Source: Psammoneis japonica (Eukaryota). Taken from it: a stretch of 64,000 bases of DNA. Below are positions 1 to 11,491 of this stretch, one piece after another. The notes beneath the pieces were generated by a model. The model ran no database searches, was not told where the DNA came from, and saw only the letters and a list, made by a program, of their open reading frames with translations. Both the position numbers and the translations under genes were made by a program. Position 1 is the stretch's first letter; the number at the start of each line of letters is the position of its first letter. The stretch is taken from positions 248,001 to 312,000 of the forward strand of contig QPGO01000107.1 of assembly GCA_008632985.1 (NCBI GenBank). The letters are read 5' to 3'.

Positions 1-2440
1 CCAAAGCATGCCAATTGTGACAGCCAAGTACCCTCGAATATACTTGTCGTCTATAGGATCGCTGTTGCTCTTGTCGTTGACAATAATCTCCATCCAAACG
101 AGTCCGCCAATAGTCATGCCTATCGAGAGCCAATCAATAAACAAATCCCCAACCGGAAATTGTTTGCCAGAAAGGCACTGCGGCTAATCTTAATCATGGA
201 TGCCATTTGCGCCAATTTCCAACCAACACGAAAGATGATACATACGAGACTCACGTAAAAGGTCACGAGATAGCGATTTCCGTATTGGCCTCCTCCAGAA
301 AGTAATTGGTAGCAACCGTAAAGCCCACCAAAAGCATAATGTGAAACCACAAATCAAAAAAGGCCATGAGCAGAGTCTGTCTCTGCACCAACTCTTGGTC
401 CTGAATATGACGCATCAAGTGGGTCTTGGCAACCCGATCGACCATCTCGACATTTTCCAATGCCAAGACGGCCGGCAAGAGGTAGTCGAGACGAGACACC
501 TTTTTGTATAGTCGTAGCCGCTGCTGCGACGTGGGCACGCCCTTGTTGGGAAATCCCTTGAAGGTTGCGTCGCCATAGGGGTCGGCGGTCTCGGGGTTGG
601 ACGAGAGCATTTCGAGAAACTGCACTCCCCGTTCGGCAACATCGCTGTCAATGGCTTCGAGCATGTACACGAGCCAATTGCCAATGGTGTGTGGGTTATA
701 AATCATGCGCTTGACAATCGTGAGATTGAAGAGCCTCTGTTTGGCGGGATTGGAGTCTTCCAGCAACAAGAGTGTCTTCATGAGCGAGGGAATGGACGAT
801 ACGGCCGAAACAAGCGTATGGGCAATCCACTCGGCATCGTCGTGGGTATTTCCAAAGACACGAGTATCAGCTCCCGGCGTTGGCGGGCGTTCTCGGTGTC
901 GCTGTTGAGCCTGCCACGCGCCCAAGACGGTACCATCCTCTTCGTCTTCGTCGCTTGCGTCTTGTGCTCCATTCTCAAAATACTCAACCATGTTGCTCAA
1001 CATTTTGAGACACCACTCCACAACGGGCGGGACGGGAATGTCTTGTGGAAAAATATCATCGAAACTGGCGCCGTCTGGAGCCGACGAGAAGGATCCCAAG
1101 GACATGTCATCTCGCGCAAAAAACACTTGCTGCTGCTTGGTTCCATCCCGAGACGTCCTTGTCGAGGTGGTTTGCGGCTCCTTTCTGCGCTTTTCTGGCT
1201 TGGCTTCTTCATCTTCCTCCAAATCGGTGTGTTCTCCGTCTTCCATGCTGGAGAGACTGGTGCCTCGATACAAGGCACGAGTACCATTGCCGGCAGCAGC
1301 TGCACCGCCGTGGTCACTTACAATACTGGTGGAGTAGACCGACTTGAAGGCGGACGGAAGGGACACATTGGTAATGTTGGTCCATACACTGCGAGATCCA
1401 ACCGTCCCCTCATCGTCTGAAGGCTGCGATGATCGACGTTTCTGCCTTGACGATGCGGATGCGTCTTGCACAACACGCTCCATTCCCTCCACGGGGGAGA
1501 TGTTGCTGACAACATCAGGACGAGAATAAGCTTCTGCTGCCCTGCCTTCTTCCACGTTGTTCAAGACTTGATTCATGGCGCCATCCGCGTCAATGGGAAG
1601 AATCCCCTTGGAAGCTAAAACGACCCAATCCTTGAGGACTTTAGCAAAAGGAATTAATCCCTCCACGTCCGTCATGACACAAGCCTTGGGATTGGATTTC
1701 ACCAAATCCAAGACGAACTCGTCTAGTTCCATGGGAGGAATTGTGCCGTTGGAAGTACGACTCTTTTTGATATTGTAGGAAATGAGCAATTCGTTGCTTC
1801 CCAAAATATGAAGAGGCAAACGCCCATCGTCATCGACGGCACGAACGTCTGGCGTACCTTGAGCACACAACAAAATGGCTCGTAGCATTTCCGTCGATGC
1901 ATTGACCTTGGCACAAATCGCGTGCAAGTCGGTAGGGTATCCCAGGGGCAAATCGTTCGTGGTGGTCGTTGCGTTGTTGTTGTTGGAGGATGATGATGAC
2001 TCGTTCAAATCACCACCACGGCGACTAGACAGACAGCTGTTGGTAGAAGGATGCTCCTCTTGTCGTTGCGGTGACGGTGCGTCGGGTGGAACGACCGAGT
2101 TGCTGGGTAGCAACAAACTCATGCCGGGAGCATTGTCTGGAAAGTCCGAGTCGTAATCAATGCTCGAGTTGTTGCTGGGAAAACGCAAATTCCCGCGCTT
2201 GGCAGTCGATGGAGCATAGTCGTAGGAAGTGTTGTTGTTGTTATTGTTGTTCTCGGACGAATGCTCCGAATCGCTGTCTTCGTAAATAATGTGCTTTTGA
2301 CTGTCGGGAGAGACTGCGGGACTGTTTTCAAAGATACTACTACTCGCCTCACTCTTGGCGGCCGACGATGGAGGAGGACCCGACGACGAGTCCTTTGGAG
2401 TGCGGGGAGGCAAGCCTGAGAACAAACCTCTTACGCTCAT
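1..2440 (-). CDS. TRP-like cation channel (ankyrin-like N-terminal motif, then transmembrane region); runs off the window's left edge
   Basis: ORF 263-2602, likely start MSVRGLF at 2440, with an ankyrin-like DDDGRLPLHIL. The TM region continues through two 1-nt frameshifts (~298, ~148): FHIMLLVGF..YLVTFYVSLVCIIF..FIDWLSIGMTIGGLVW..RGYLAVTIGMLW. Confidence 0.6.
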
Positions 2441-2941
2441 GGCTTTGTATACAACTTGCCTGTTCTCCAAACTGTGAGGTGTTGTCAGCCAACAGCAGAT
2501 ATAGTTCTGCTGAGATTTGCGGCACAAAATGACACGGGACGGCGGCGGGGGGCGTTTGTTCCCGCCGAAAAGAAATTCAAATTTGAAACTAAAACTGTTC
2601 ATTTCTTTTGAATTTGAATGATTGTGAATAGCCGTTACTAAGAAGCAGGACTTTCAACGATATATTCATAATATAATATGAACAAAACATCTCAACGGAA
2701 TTCTAGAAAACGCGCGAAACACACGCATGCAATGCCCGTCGGCATGCACGCGTACGCGCGCAACCGACCGGCCCAGATTTCTGACGTCAGCCGACTTGAA
2801 AGTCGCGATCTTTTTCTTTGTCGTGCGCTGTTCGAGCGATAGATCGAGTTGTGGTGATGATGTCGTTGCGTCATCCATCATTACTCTAGAGCAGCCACAA
2901 CCATGAGAATCTCGTCGCCTACAAGCAAAAGGCCTTTAGAC

Positions 2942-4065
2942 ATGATATCAATCAAGAGAATACTGTTGATGGTGGGCTTGATTCTCTTGTTGCTAGACCC
3001 CGCAGTATGCTTTTCAACCCAGTCGACAAGAAGACGATCGTTTGTTTCGTGTCAGTCAATCAATCACCGATCATCGTTTCATGGCGACTGCGTGAAGAAT
3101 ACTGAGCCATGTTTTGATCCGTTGAACTTTTCTTCAAGAAATGACCATGTTTTAGAGACCTCTCAAGAATTACCGCAAAAGGATACAACAATTGCCACGT
3201 TGGCTATTGTTCCTCTGGTAGCAAGTCTCCCGAACGCTGCTCTCGCCGCCTCTTCTTCCATTTCATCGGGAGACTTTAATCCACAAAACTTTCAACCCAT
3301 TTGTTCCGCCTCGGATGGCTTTTACCGCTTCCTCCAGGGCACCACACAGGCCGTGGTGGGACCCGAAAACTTTGTCGAGTACGGTCCCTTGATTGCCGGT
3401 GGCTTGCTTCGTATTCGATTGGAACTTTGTGTCGTGGAATCCTTCTTCAATGAAGCCGTCGTTCCCTTTATTCGAGAAAACGGTATTTCCTGGATTTTAC
3501 CCCTCCACGAAACGGTGGAAACCTTTTTGGCGGGCGTCATTTTTTCCTTGGCCACCACCTTTATTCTGGTGGGATCCAGCAAGATTTTGGCCGTCATTAT
3601 TACCTATGCCGACGCGTTCGTCGGTGGACCGTGTCGCTTGTTTGGAGGATTTGCGTTTGACCGGGCTCTTGGCAAGCCGGTCACGCTGGATATTGGATTT
3701 GGGCCATTCAAGAAACGAATCGTCGGACCGCCGAGTGAAGGTGATGAGAAAAAGGACGACTCGCCATCGGATATTCTTGCCGATGTTCAAAGTGTGGAGC
3801 CGGCGGGGTTGCCTGTGGTTCTTGTGAGTGGATCCGTCAAGGCATTGGGAGAAACAAGCAAGGTATGTCATGCATGTTGTTTACCTTGTTGTGTTTTTAT
3901 GGAAGCAGCCTTCTCACAGCTTGCTACCCGTGACGCACCAATCAGTTCCTTCGAGAAGTCATTGAGGGCATTGATACGTTTGTGGGAAGATACCTTGTTC
4001 TATATGCCACGGCTTATATTGCTATCAAGTTCCTTCATTACAAGGTATTTCCCGACTTTCCTTGA
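2942..4065 (+). CDS. Hypothetical membrane protein, probably plastid-targeted; 2 exons (intron 3863-3945)
   Basis: Signal peptide ending AVC-F followed by an S/R-rich transit-like stretch. The GTATGT...CAG intron restores the C-terminus FLREVIEGIDTFVGRYLVLYATAYIAIKFLHYKVFPDFP*. Confidence 0.7.
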
Positions 4066-5139
4066 TTTAAGAAGGTGAAAGTTGCGATCCCTACCGGCTA
4101 ACTATTTTAACGAGGTTTTAGATTTTCTGTTCGTCTTGAAAGTTTCTTTTGTTTCGGTGCACTGCTCGCCACTGCTCTTGTCACATTGGTTGTCGCGCGT
4201 GTTGCTGGCTTTTGCCATAAAGTTCAAGAGGAAGGAACCCAATCCAGCCTTCAACTCCAGCAAACACAGAATCGAACATGCGTTTCTAATCTTCGTTCGT
4301 TGACCTCCAGGTTTATCTCTGCAAAAAGAAGCGAGAAGAATCCTTGAACAGATGGGCTTCCAGAATTTGTCTTTTTTGAGCAGGCTCAACTGTTGCTGAA
4401 TGGATGTCCTATGACTGCATCGGTTTGAGAGGCGATTTCGACCTGTGACTTTGCGAGCGCAGCTCGAGCCAAACATTGTCGACACAACGCCTCATCCAGA
4501 ATAGAAAGCAAGTCGTGAGCTTCTGTCAAATCCATCAATGTCCAGGCAGGTGACATGAACCGACTGCTTTTTCTATTGCACATTCGATTGATCTCCCGTT
4601 TTTGTATTCTTGTCGCCTTTTCATGCCGTTTTGCGTGATGTTGGATCTTGGATCAGAGCTCACAACAAGGGGAACTCGAATCTCCGGGTACGCTTGTGGT
4701 TCAAACTTTCAAACTTGGAGGATCGTTGGTCAGCTTTTATGTGATATCCGTATTTTAGAGGGAATATGACGACAACTGCCGTTCAACGAGTGATACCGAG
4801 AGGGCCCGTAGATTCTACCGGGATGTCTGTTCTTGGATAAGATAGAAACATCCATGGTTGAATGAGTTTTAAATTTGAACAAGTAACGATGGTTTTCGCA
4901 GATGCAACCGTGACTATTTTCGTACTTAAGTATATAATATGATGTTAAGTACATTGATTATCAGAACTACTTTTTTCTTGATATTAAACGTCATGTACGA
5001 ACTCCGAGAATTTTCGAGTTGCGTGTATTTTTGTATGTGTTTTGCATTTCTACCGTAGAAATTGTACCACCCGCTACGTTCATAGGCCCATTTGGCAAAG
5101 TGCCGCTCACACAACGTTTGCTCCACGTGCCTTCATGCC

Positions 5140-8100
5140 ATGAAGATGGGAAGGTATTTTCCCTTTCTACCGCTGCTCCTTGCTTCTACGCCGTCTTTTG
5201 ACAGTTGCTATGCAGAATCTCCTTCCAAGGGGCCTGGGGGTTCCGGTTGGTTCGATTCACGTGGATCCAGAAATCAAAGAGGAGCATCATCGGCAAACAT
5301 CGGAGGCAAGCCATCAAATGTACCGGGTTGGGTGGGTAGGAATCCTACGCGAGAATCCGACCCATCACATGGATCCGATTCCCGGGGATTTGAAGACGTC
5401 GACATGTACGGGACTCGGGGAGAGTCCAACTATGAAGATGAATTCGGTGAAGGTGGTCTGGGTAGCATTCTCAACGGCGACTTGGGGCTCGATGATGAAG
5501 ACAGATTATCCCTGTCAGAAGATGATTTGGACGAAGAGTTTAGTGAATTCGAGGCATCACGAAGGGAGGGAAAAGGTGCTCTTTACGACGCATATAACAC
5601 TCTTCACTCACTCGCTCAGGTAATAAAAAAATGTTGCACGGAAGTGGATTGTTACCATTTGCAAAAGTCCATTTTCTCACTTCCTTGTTCACTTATTCGT
5701 AGGACTATCGCAAGCCGTTCGATGCGCCTGCTGTTGTCGTGGTGGGTCACCAATCGTCCGGAAAATCTGCCCTCATTGAAGCACTCATGGGCTTTCAGTT
5801 CAATCAAGTAGGTGGAGGGACAAAGACAAGAAGACCTGTAGCTCTACGAATGCAGTACAATCCCAAGTGCTCGCATCCCAGGTGTTTCCTTGTTGGCGAA
5901 GACGGAGTGGAGAGACACATGACACTGAGTGAAATCCAAGCTTACATCACAAGAGAGAATAATCGTCTCGAGAAGGACCCGACAAGATGCTTTGACGCTC
6001 GCGAGATTAACGTCCGCATGGAATACAAGTACTGTCCCAATATGATTTTGATTGACACTCCCGGTCTCATCGCAGCTCCACGAGTTCCGCGCGGGCGGGG
6101 GGCAGGAGCGGCATTCAAGCAGCAACGTGCACTTCAGGCATCGGCAAAAGAAGCAGAACGCCTCGTTGTCGAGAAGATGGCCTGTCAAGACTACATTATC
6201 CTATGCGTAGAGGACACCTCTGATTGGAAGCATGGGGCAACCAGGGAAATCGTACAGAAGGCCGACCCTGATCTTTCTCGGACGGTAATTGTAAACACCA
6301 AGCTCGATACCAAGGTTCCACAGTTTGGAACTCCTGGAGATGTTGCGGATTTCCTCCGAGCTGAAATTATTGATCGGTTGTCGCCCCACAAGATGGGTGG
6401 ACCCTTCTTCACATCCGTCCCCAGCGGTCGTGTCGGTCGCAAAGAAGAAAATTCGCGTGCCAGTGCAGCTGAGTTTCTATTCCAGAGCGATGATGACTTC
6501 GTCTCCGCATGTGGTGTGACAGAGACCGGCGACAAAAATCTTGTTTCTGATAGACTCAAGCGCTTGGGAGGCGAAACCGGAAACTCGCACTTGATCAATC
6601 GAGTTGGTATAAGCAGTCTTCGGGATTTCCTTGAGAAGAGAGTCGATGAATGCTATCGTCGCAACGTCGCTAAGATAATTCCAATGCTTCAGGCCGAATA
6701 CTTGTCAACAGAACGCCGATTAGAGGCATGTGAGCGAGAGCTTGATGAGTTGTCAGTTGATAGGCTGAAAGCTGGGGCGGATGCATTCGCCGACGAGTTT
6801 TGTGTATATCTGCGAAAATCTCTTCAAGGTAGTGTCGTTGCTCCAGCGAGTCTCTTTGGTGAAACTCTTGCTCAGGAAACGAGTGCCGCTGGGTCATTTC
6901 ACGGTACGTTATTTCTGGTTTGAAGCTACATTCATTTTTGCTGTTGTGATAATTGTTTTGCTGACATGCCGAACAATCTACGTTCCTTTCTCTTTACAGA
7001 TGTGCAAGGCGCCCCAATGGCAGTCTCCGATCGAACCTGGGATCGCTTAGTGGAATCTGACGTTGGCAATCAAAATCATCGCTTATACGGCGGCTCTCAG
7101 TACCACCGAGCACTCCGAGAGTTCAGCTTGGCAGTCAAGTGTCTTCGTCTCCCGAGCATCTCGGAGGACGAGATTGCGAACGCAGCCGGAATCGGCACAA
7201 CGCACGACGGCGTCAACTTTCTTCATGCGGCTTGCACGATTGCCTTGGAGAAGGCCCGGGTCTCTTTTGAGCCCATGTTAGATGCACTCCGCTTCCGCGT
7301 CACTCATGTCATGGAACGCCTCTGTCCCGTGACAGAATACATGCTCCGAGAGACAAGAGAACGCCAACGCTCTAGCAAATTCCAGCAAAGTAGCAGTGCG
7401 GACGCCTCGACAGAATTCAACGGTGCTACGGACATTTCACAGAATCCTCAGTTTCGTCAACTGCTACGCAGCATTTTCGACAAGTTTGTGCAAAAATGTT
7501 CTGATGATGTAAGTGCAGTGCCAGCTTCGTTCTCTCTCTCTCTCTTTTGTTCGTGTGGATTCACTCATTTGCTCATCCTTTCTTCTTCGTTTTTCATGGT
7601 ACAGGCCATGACCAAGACTCGAGATGATCTCACTTCCATTACAAGATACGTGACATGGAATCTCGATGAAAGAAGTAGCGGTGCTCTTCATCGGTCACTC
7701 CCTGATCAGACTGATATGGTTGCTGTCTACCAAGTGGCCTTGAAGTCGCGAAGCAGACTCAAGGACGACGATGACAGGTCGAAGGAGGGATCACTTACAC
7801 AGGCACCACCAACCCTGACACCGCTTCCCGATGCCAACCGAAATGACGACCGTGACTACTACAATCTTCTTCAGCTGATCGAAGAAGCAGTATGCAGCAG
7901 AGACGCAAATCGAACAAACCTCGTCGTGAGCAGTCTTGCACAGCACATTGTGTCCGGATGGCGAGACACATTCAGTCGCAGCGTCACCACCAAGTTCAAC
8001 TGCTATTTCATGCTCCCGTTCACCGACGAGTTCCACAAGTTTCTGCGACACGAGTTGCAAAAGGTTTACTCGGGGGAAGGGGATAGTCTTTACGACGTAT

Positions 8101-8288
8101 TTGACCTTGCTGCAGCCCGGAGATCACTGCAACTTCAGAGACAAGAGCTTATTAACGAGTGCATGGCAAACAAGCGTCTTCAAGAAAAGTTTCAACGGTG
8201 CGCAAAGTTGATGAGTAAAAAGCAAGAGGAAACTCTATTCTCAGAACGAAAAGAAGCCTCGGTTTTGGAATCAACAGGGAATCCATAG
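5140..8288 (+). CDS. DRP5B: Dynamin-related protein of the DRP5B/ARC5 (plastid division) family; 4 exons (introns 5620-5702, 6904-6999, 7509-7604)
   Basis: Spliced LYDAYNTLHSLAQDYRKPFDAPAVVVVGHQSSGKSALIEALMGFQFNQVGGGTKTRRP matches the ARC5 signature. DTPG (G3), TKLD (G4), LYGGSQYHRALREF and KFNCYFMLPF are present. All introns are GT-AG. Confidence 0.93.
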
Positions 8289-9058
8289 GGATTGAACTAA
8301 GAGGGTTGCGCTCTCTTCCTTGAGAAACGCATCATGCATACTCGCTTACGTGCTTATTGTGGGGGCTAATTTTGTTTTATTTGAGAAATCAGCACGTGCG
8401 GGGAGTAAGTTGTTGCGTCTGCAAAGATTTGTATGTTTTGTTTGTACGCACTCGGTTCTTGAACGGGGGCGCATCACGACCAAACCGGATGGCTACTATG
8501 TTGTCTTGCGGATACGCTGGATGAGTCGGTTGATCTTGATGTCAAAAGTAACTCTGGCGTTCAGGCTAAACATGCAAGGAAAGAAAAAACAAGTGTAGCG
8601 GTTCTTAAGCAAAAAAGGAATAAAAACTACATAGAACCAACTTGTGTGGAAATATAAGCGAATCACAAGCTTGCTTTAGTACGATAGAGAGTCGTCGACT
8701 CGATTCCCAAAACGAAGCTTGAATGTTTCAGCACCTCCAATCCATTTCCCCCTTTCCCTACAGTGCCACTGTCTGCTCAAGAAGATGTAGGGCCTATGCA
8801 CTACAAACGGCATGCACTGCACGTACTAGAGTAAACCCACGTCGACTGAGCAAGTATACTGAGTGAATTCGTTGTGACACGTGTCGATCGCAAGAATGGC
8901 CCAAGACTGTCTGAATTGAACAATCCCAACCGTAGGTGGATGCATAGAAAATCGTTCGAAACAATACCAATACTTCTTCTCAACGTCAGTCTATTCCAGT
9001 CTTCTATCAAAAAAGGGCATACATACCGAAAAAGCGGCGTTGGAAGAAGCCATTATGA

Positions 9059-9657
9059 TCACGGAACAGCCGCAGCATCGGAGCCATCAGAGGACGTCCC
9101 GTCCGACCGGAGCCTACGTTCTGCCTCTGTCGCTCTGGCACGTTCCCAATCCTCCTCTGTCATGGTGGATGTGACATAGGAAAATCTCGAGCGAGTGAGT
9201 CCCATTCCATCCGTGACAGTTTTTCCAATGCGATCCGTAAAGTGTACCACACGCCCGAGAAACCCAACGATCCGATGCCACGTCTTTGTGCGCAGAGGCA
9301 AATCATAATTTCCCGTTTCCCAAAAGTATGCCTTGGGTATAGGAATCAACTTGCGCACGGTCCATTCCAGCGGATCCATGTCGGGATCGTTCATGTCAAC
9401 CTCCTCGAGCTGTAACTCGATTGGAATATCATCTTCGTTTCCTTCGGCAACCATTATTAATTCATCTCGTCTTCCTTCGATACTATTCAAATAATCTTGT
9501 GCTGCTTTTCTATAATAGACAAAGAAGAACGGATTATGAGGACGCCCTGATGGTCGTCGATAAATACCAACACGACTGAAGAATCACACTCTCTAGAGAC
9601 TTACGTGATGTCATCACCGCTTGCTTCGCAAGATTTGTGACATGATTCTTTAGCCAT
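9059..9657 (-). CDS. Small hypothetical protein, 2 exons (intron 9510-9604)
   Basis: ATG at 9657 (MAKESCHK...). A GTAAGT...TAG intron joins in frame to ORF 9059-9490. Confidence 0.7.
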
Positions 9658-11132
9658 CAACGATCCCGAATGAGTAACTGTTGACGATCCGGAAACAGTC
9701 TCCGTAGGCAATTTATCGACAGGGATTGACATGTCGGCGGGTTGTATGTGTGGCTAGAAAACCTCTGCCGTGCCAGCGGTGACAGCGGCCATGGTGTGTT
9801 TTGTTGTGTGCCGAGTTCGGTGTCAAAAACAAGCAATAGAAGTAAAAATTCAGAAAATGATGGAAAACCTGCGTAAACGAAGTAAAGTGCAAAAATCATT
9901 GAAAAAACAATAAAAGAATGCGGTTCTTGTACTCTACAAACGACAAACGGTTAAGGGGGACCGCCGACCCATTTTTTCCGCGTTTATCCTAAAATTAGCA
10001 ATGTGTTTGAATACGTTTATTTATAATTATTAATTTTAAATACAAGAATTGTTCGATCGCCCACGAAAACGAGAACATCAGGCACCGCGATCGAAGCACG
10101 ACGATGACGGCAATTACTCTATCTCTCAAAATTGGCCCAGTGGCACGAGGGGACGAAAGCATATAAATCAATCTGAACTATATGGCGATAATAAAACCAA
10201 TGAGTATCCCTCGTGAGGTGATACTTTGCAACTCACCGCTCGTCGCGAACATCATCATTGTCGCTCGTGCTTTTGTCGTGTTATTTTCTGTCGCGACCCG
10301 TCAAAAACGCGTAAAAACCCGGAAAAGACGTGCGAAAAAAATAAGCCGACGGCCCGCCTTAAGCTCGCATCGTTCGTGCATGTTGTGTGCATGCATTCAG
10401 CACTTGCATCTTTCAAAATCTCGAGCAGCTGCTGTGGCATGTAGAGCGTAAGGCCAGTCACTCTCTACTCTAGCAACGTGTTTACTCCAACTCTCTGCTC
10501 TATGTACATCAGAGGCCGCAACACAGTGTTGTTCACTTTCCTTTGGAAAATTTGGAACATTCAAATTTAACAAATGTGTGCCAAAATCAGTGACAGTTCA
10601 TTTTTTTTTTTGACAGTCAATTTACATTTGTTGTTGCCGTTTTATGTTGGCAATTGTTGCCGTTTTTTTTTGCTTTTAAGTCACCAAAGAATTTCAACAA
10701 GCCCTTCATTGTTGAACAATGCTTTTTGTTTTGATCAATTTTTCACATGTTTGTGAAATCGTCAACTTTGACAGTGCTTTTCAATGGCTTCACCACAGCC
10801 TTGCGTCACCACAGACAATGGCATTTCTCCCTCGCCCCAGTCGGCCACGCAATCACCCAGAGGAACACCATCTCATTGTCTCCACCTGCACGCTCCAGTT
10901 GTCCAGTCAACAGGCCCCTGCCTTCATTTTGGCACCTTTTCTATGTGCGTAGTTCTCCACCCATTTCACAACAGTGCACCCTCTCCCCAAAATGCTTTTG
11001 ACGAGAGGGTGCACTGTTGTGAATCCTGCACATTCCACGTGAATCGGCAACTGACTGTTGGCCATGGCATCTGACGACTTCACCCCATCTGACGACGAGG
11101 TCGACCCTGACCCTTCTTTCCAAATTACCGAG

Positions 11133-11490
11133 TGCACTATGCTCGAAGAACGAGTGTAAACGAAAGTAGAACGAAGTTCAAAAAGTGAAAATTGTGAGAA
11201 TTATTTCTGCGCAATCATTTTGGGTTTCTCCGAACGGGTTCTCAACAGCCTAAACCTTTTGCACTGCTCCTACAGACAAAAGGCCTTTCGGAGAATATGA
11301 TCGTGACAACAGATTGTCCGGATACGATTGACATTGACACATAAGATGTCAACATCATCGTACGATCGCATTTGCGATTCTCGACATCCGATCACTTCTG
11401 TGTGATCGATCTGTACTTCGTACGAACCCACGATTGACGTACGATTGAAATATAATTTTATATTTAATATATACATATACATATATAACA
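11133..11490 (-). repeat. Gypsy-1 3' LTR (inner end deleted)
   Basis: Aligns to 17052-~17410, retains TA dinucleotides, and abuts integrase C-terminal sequence with no PPT. Confidence 0.9.
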
Positions 11491-11491
11491 T

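Noticed and set aside
4102..4700. Short minus-strand ORFs between genes
   Set aside because: No recognisable motif or coherent exon structure.
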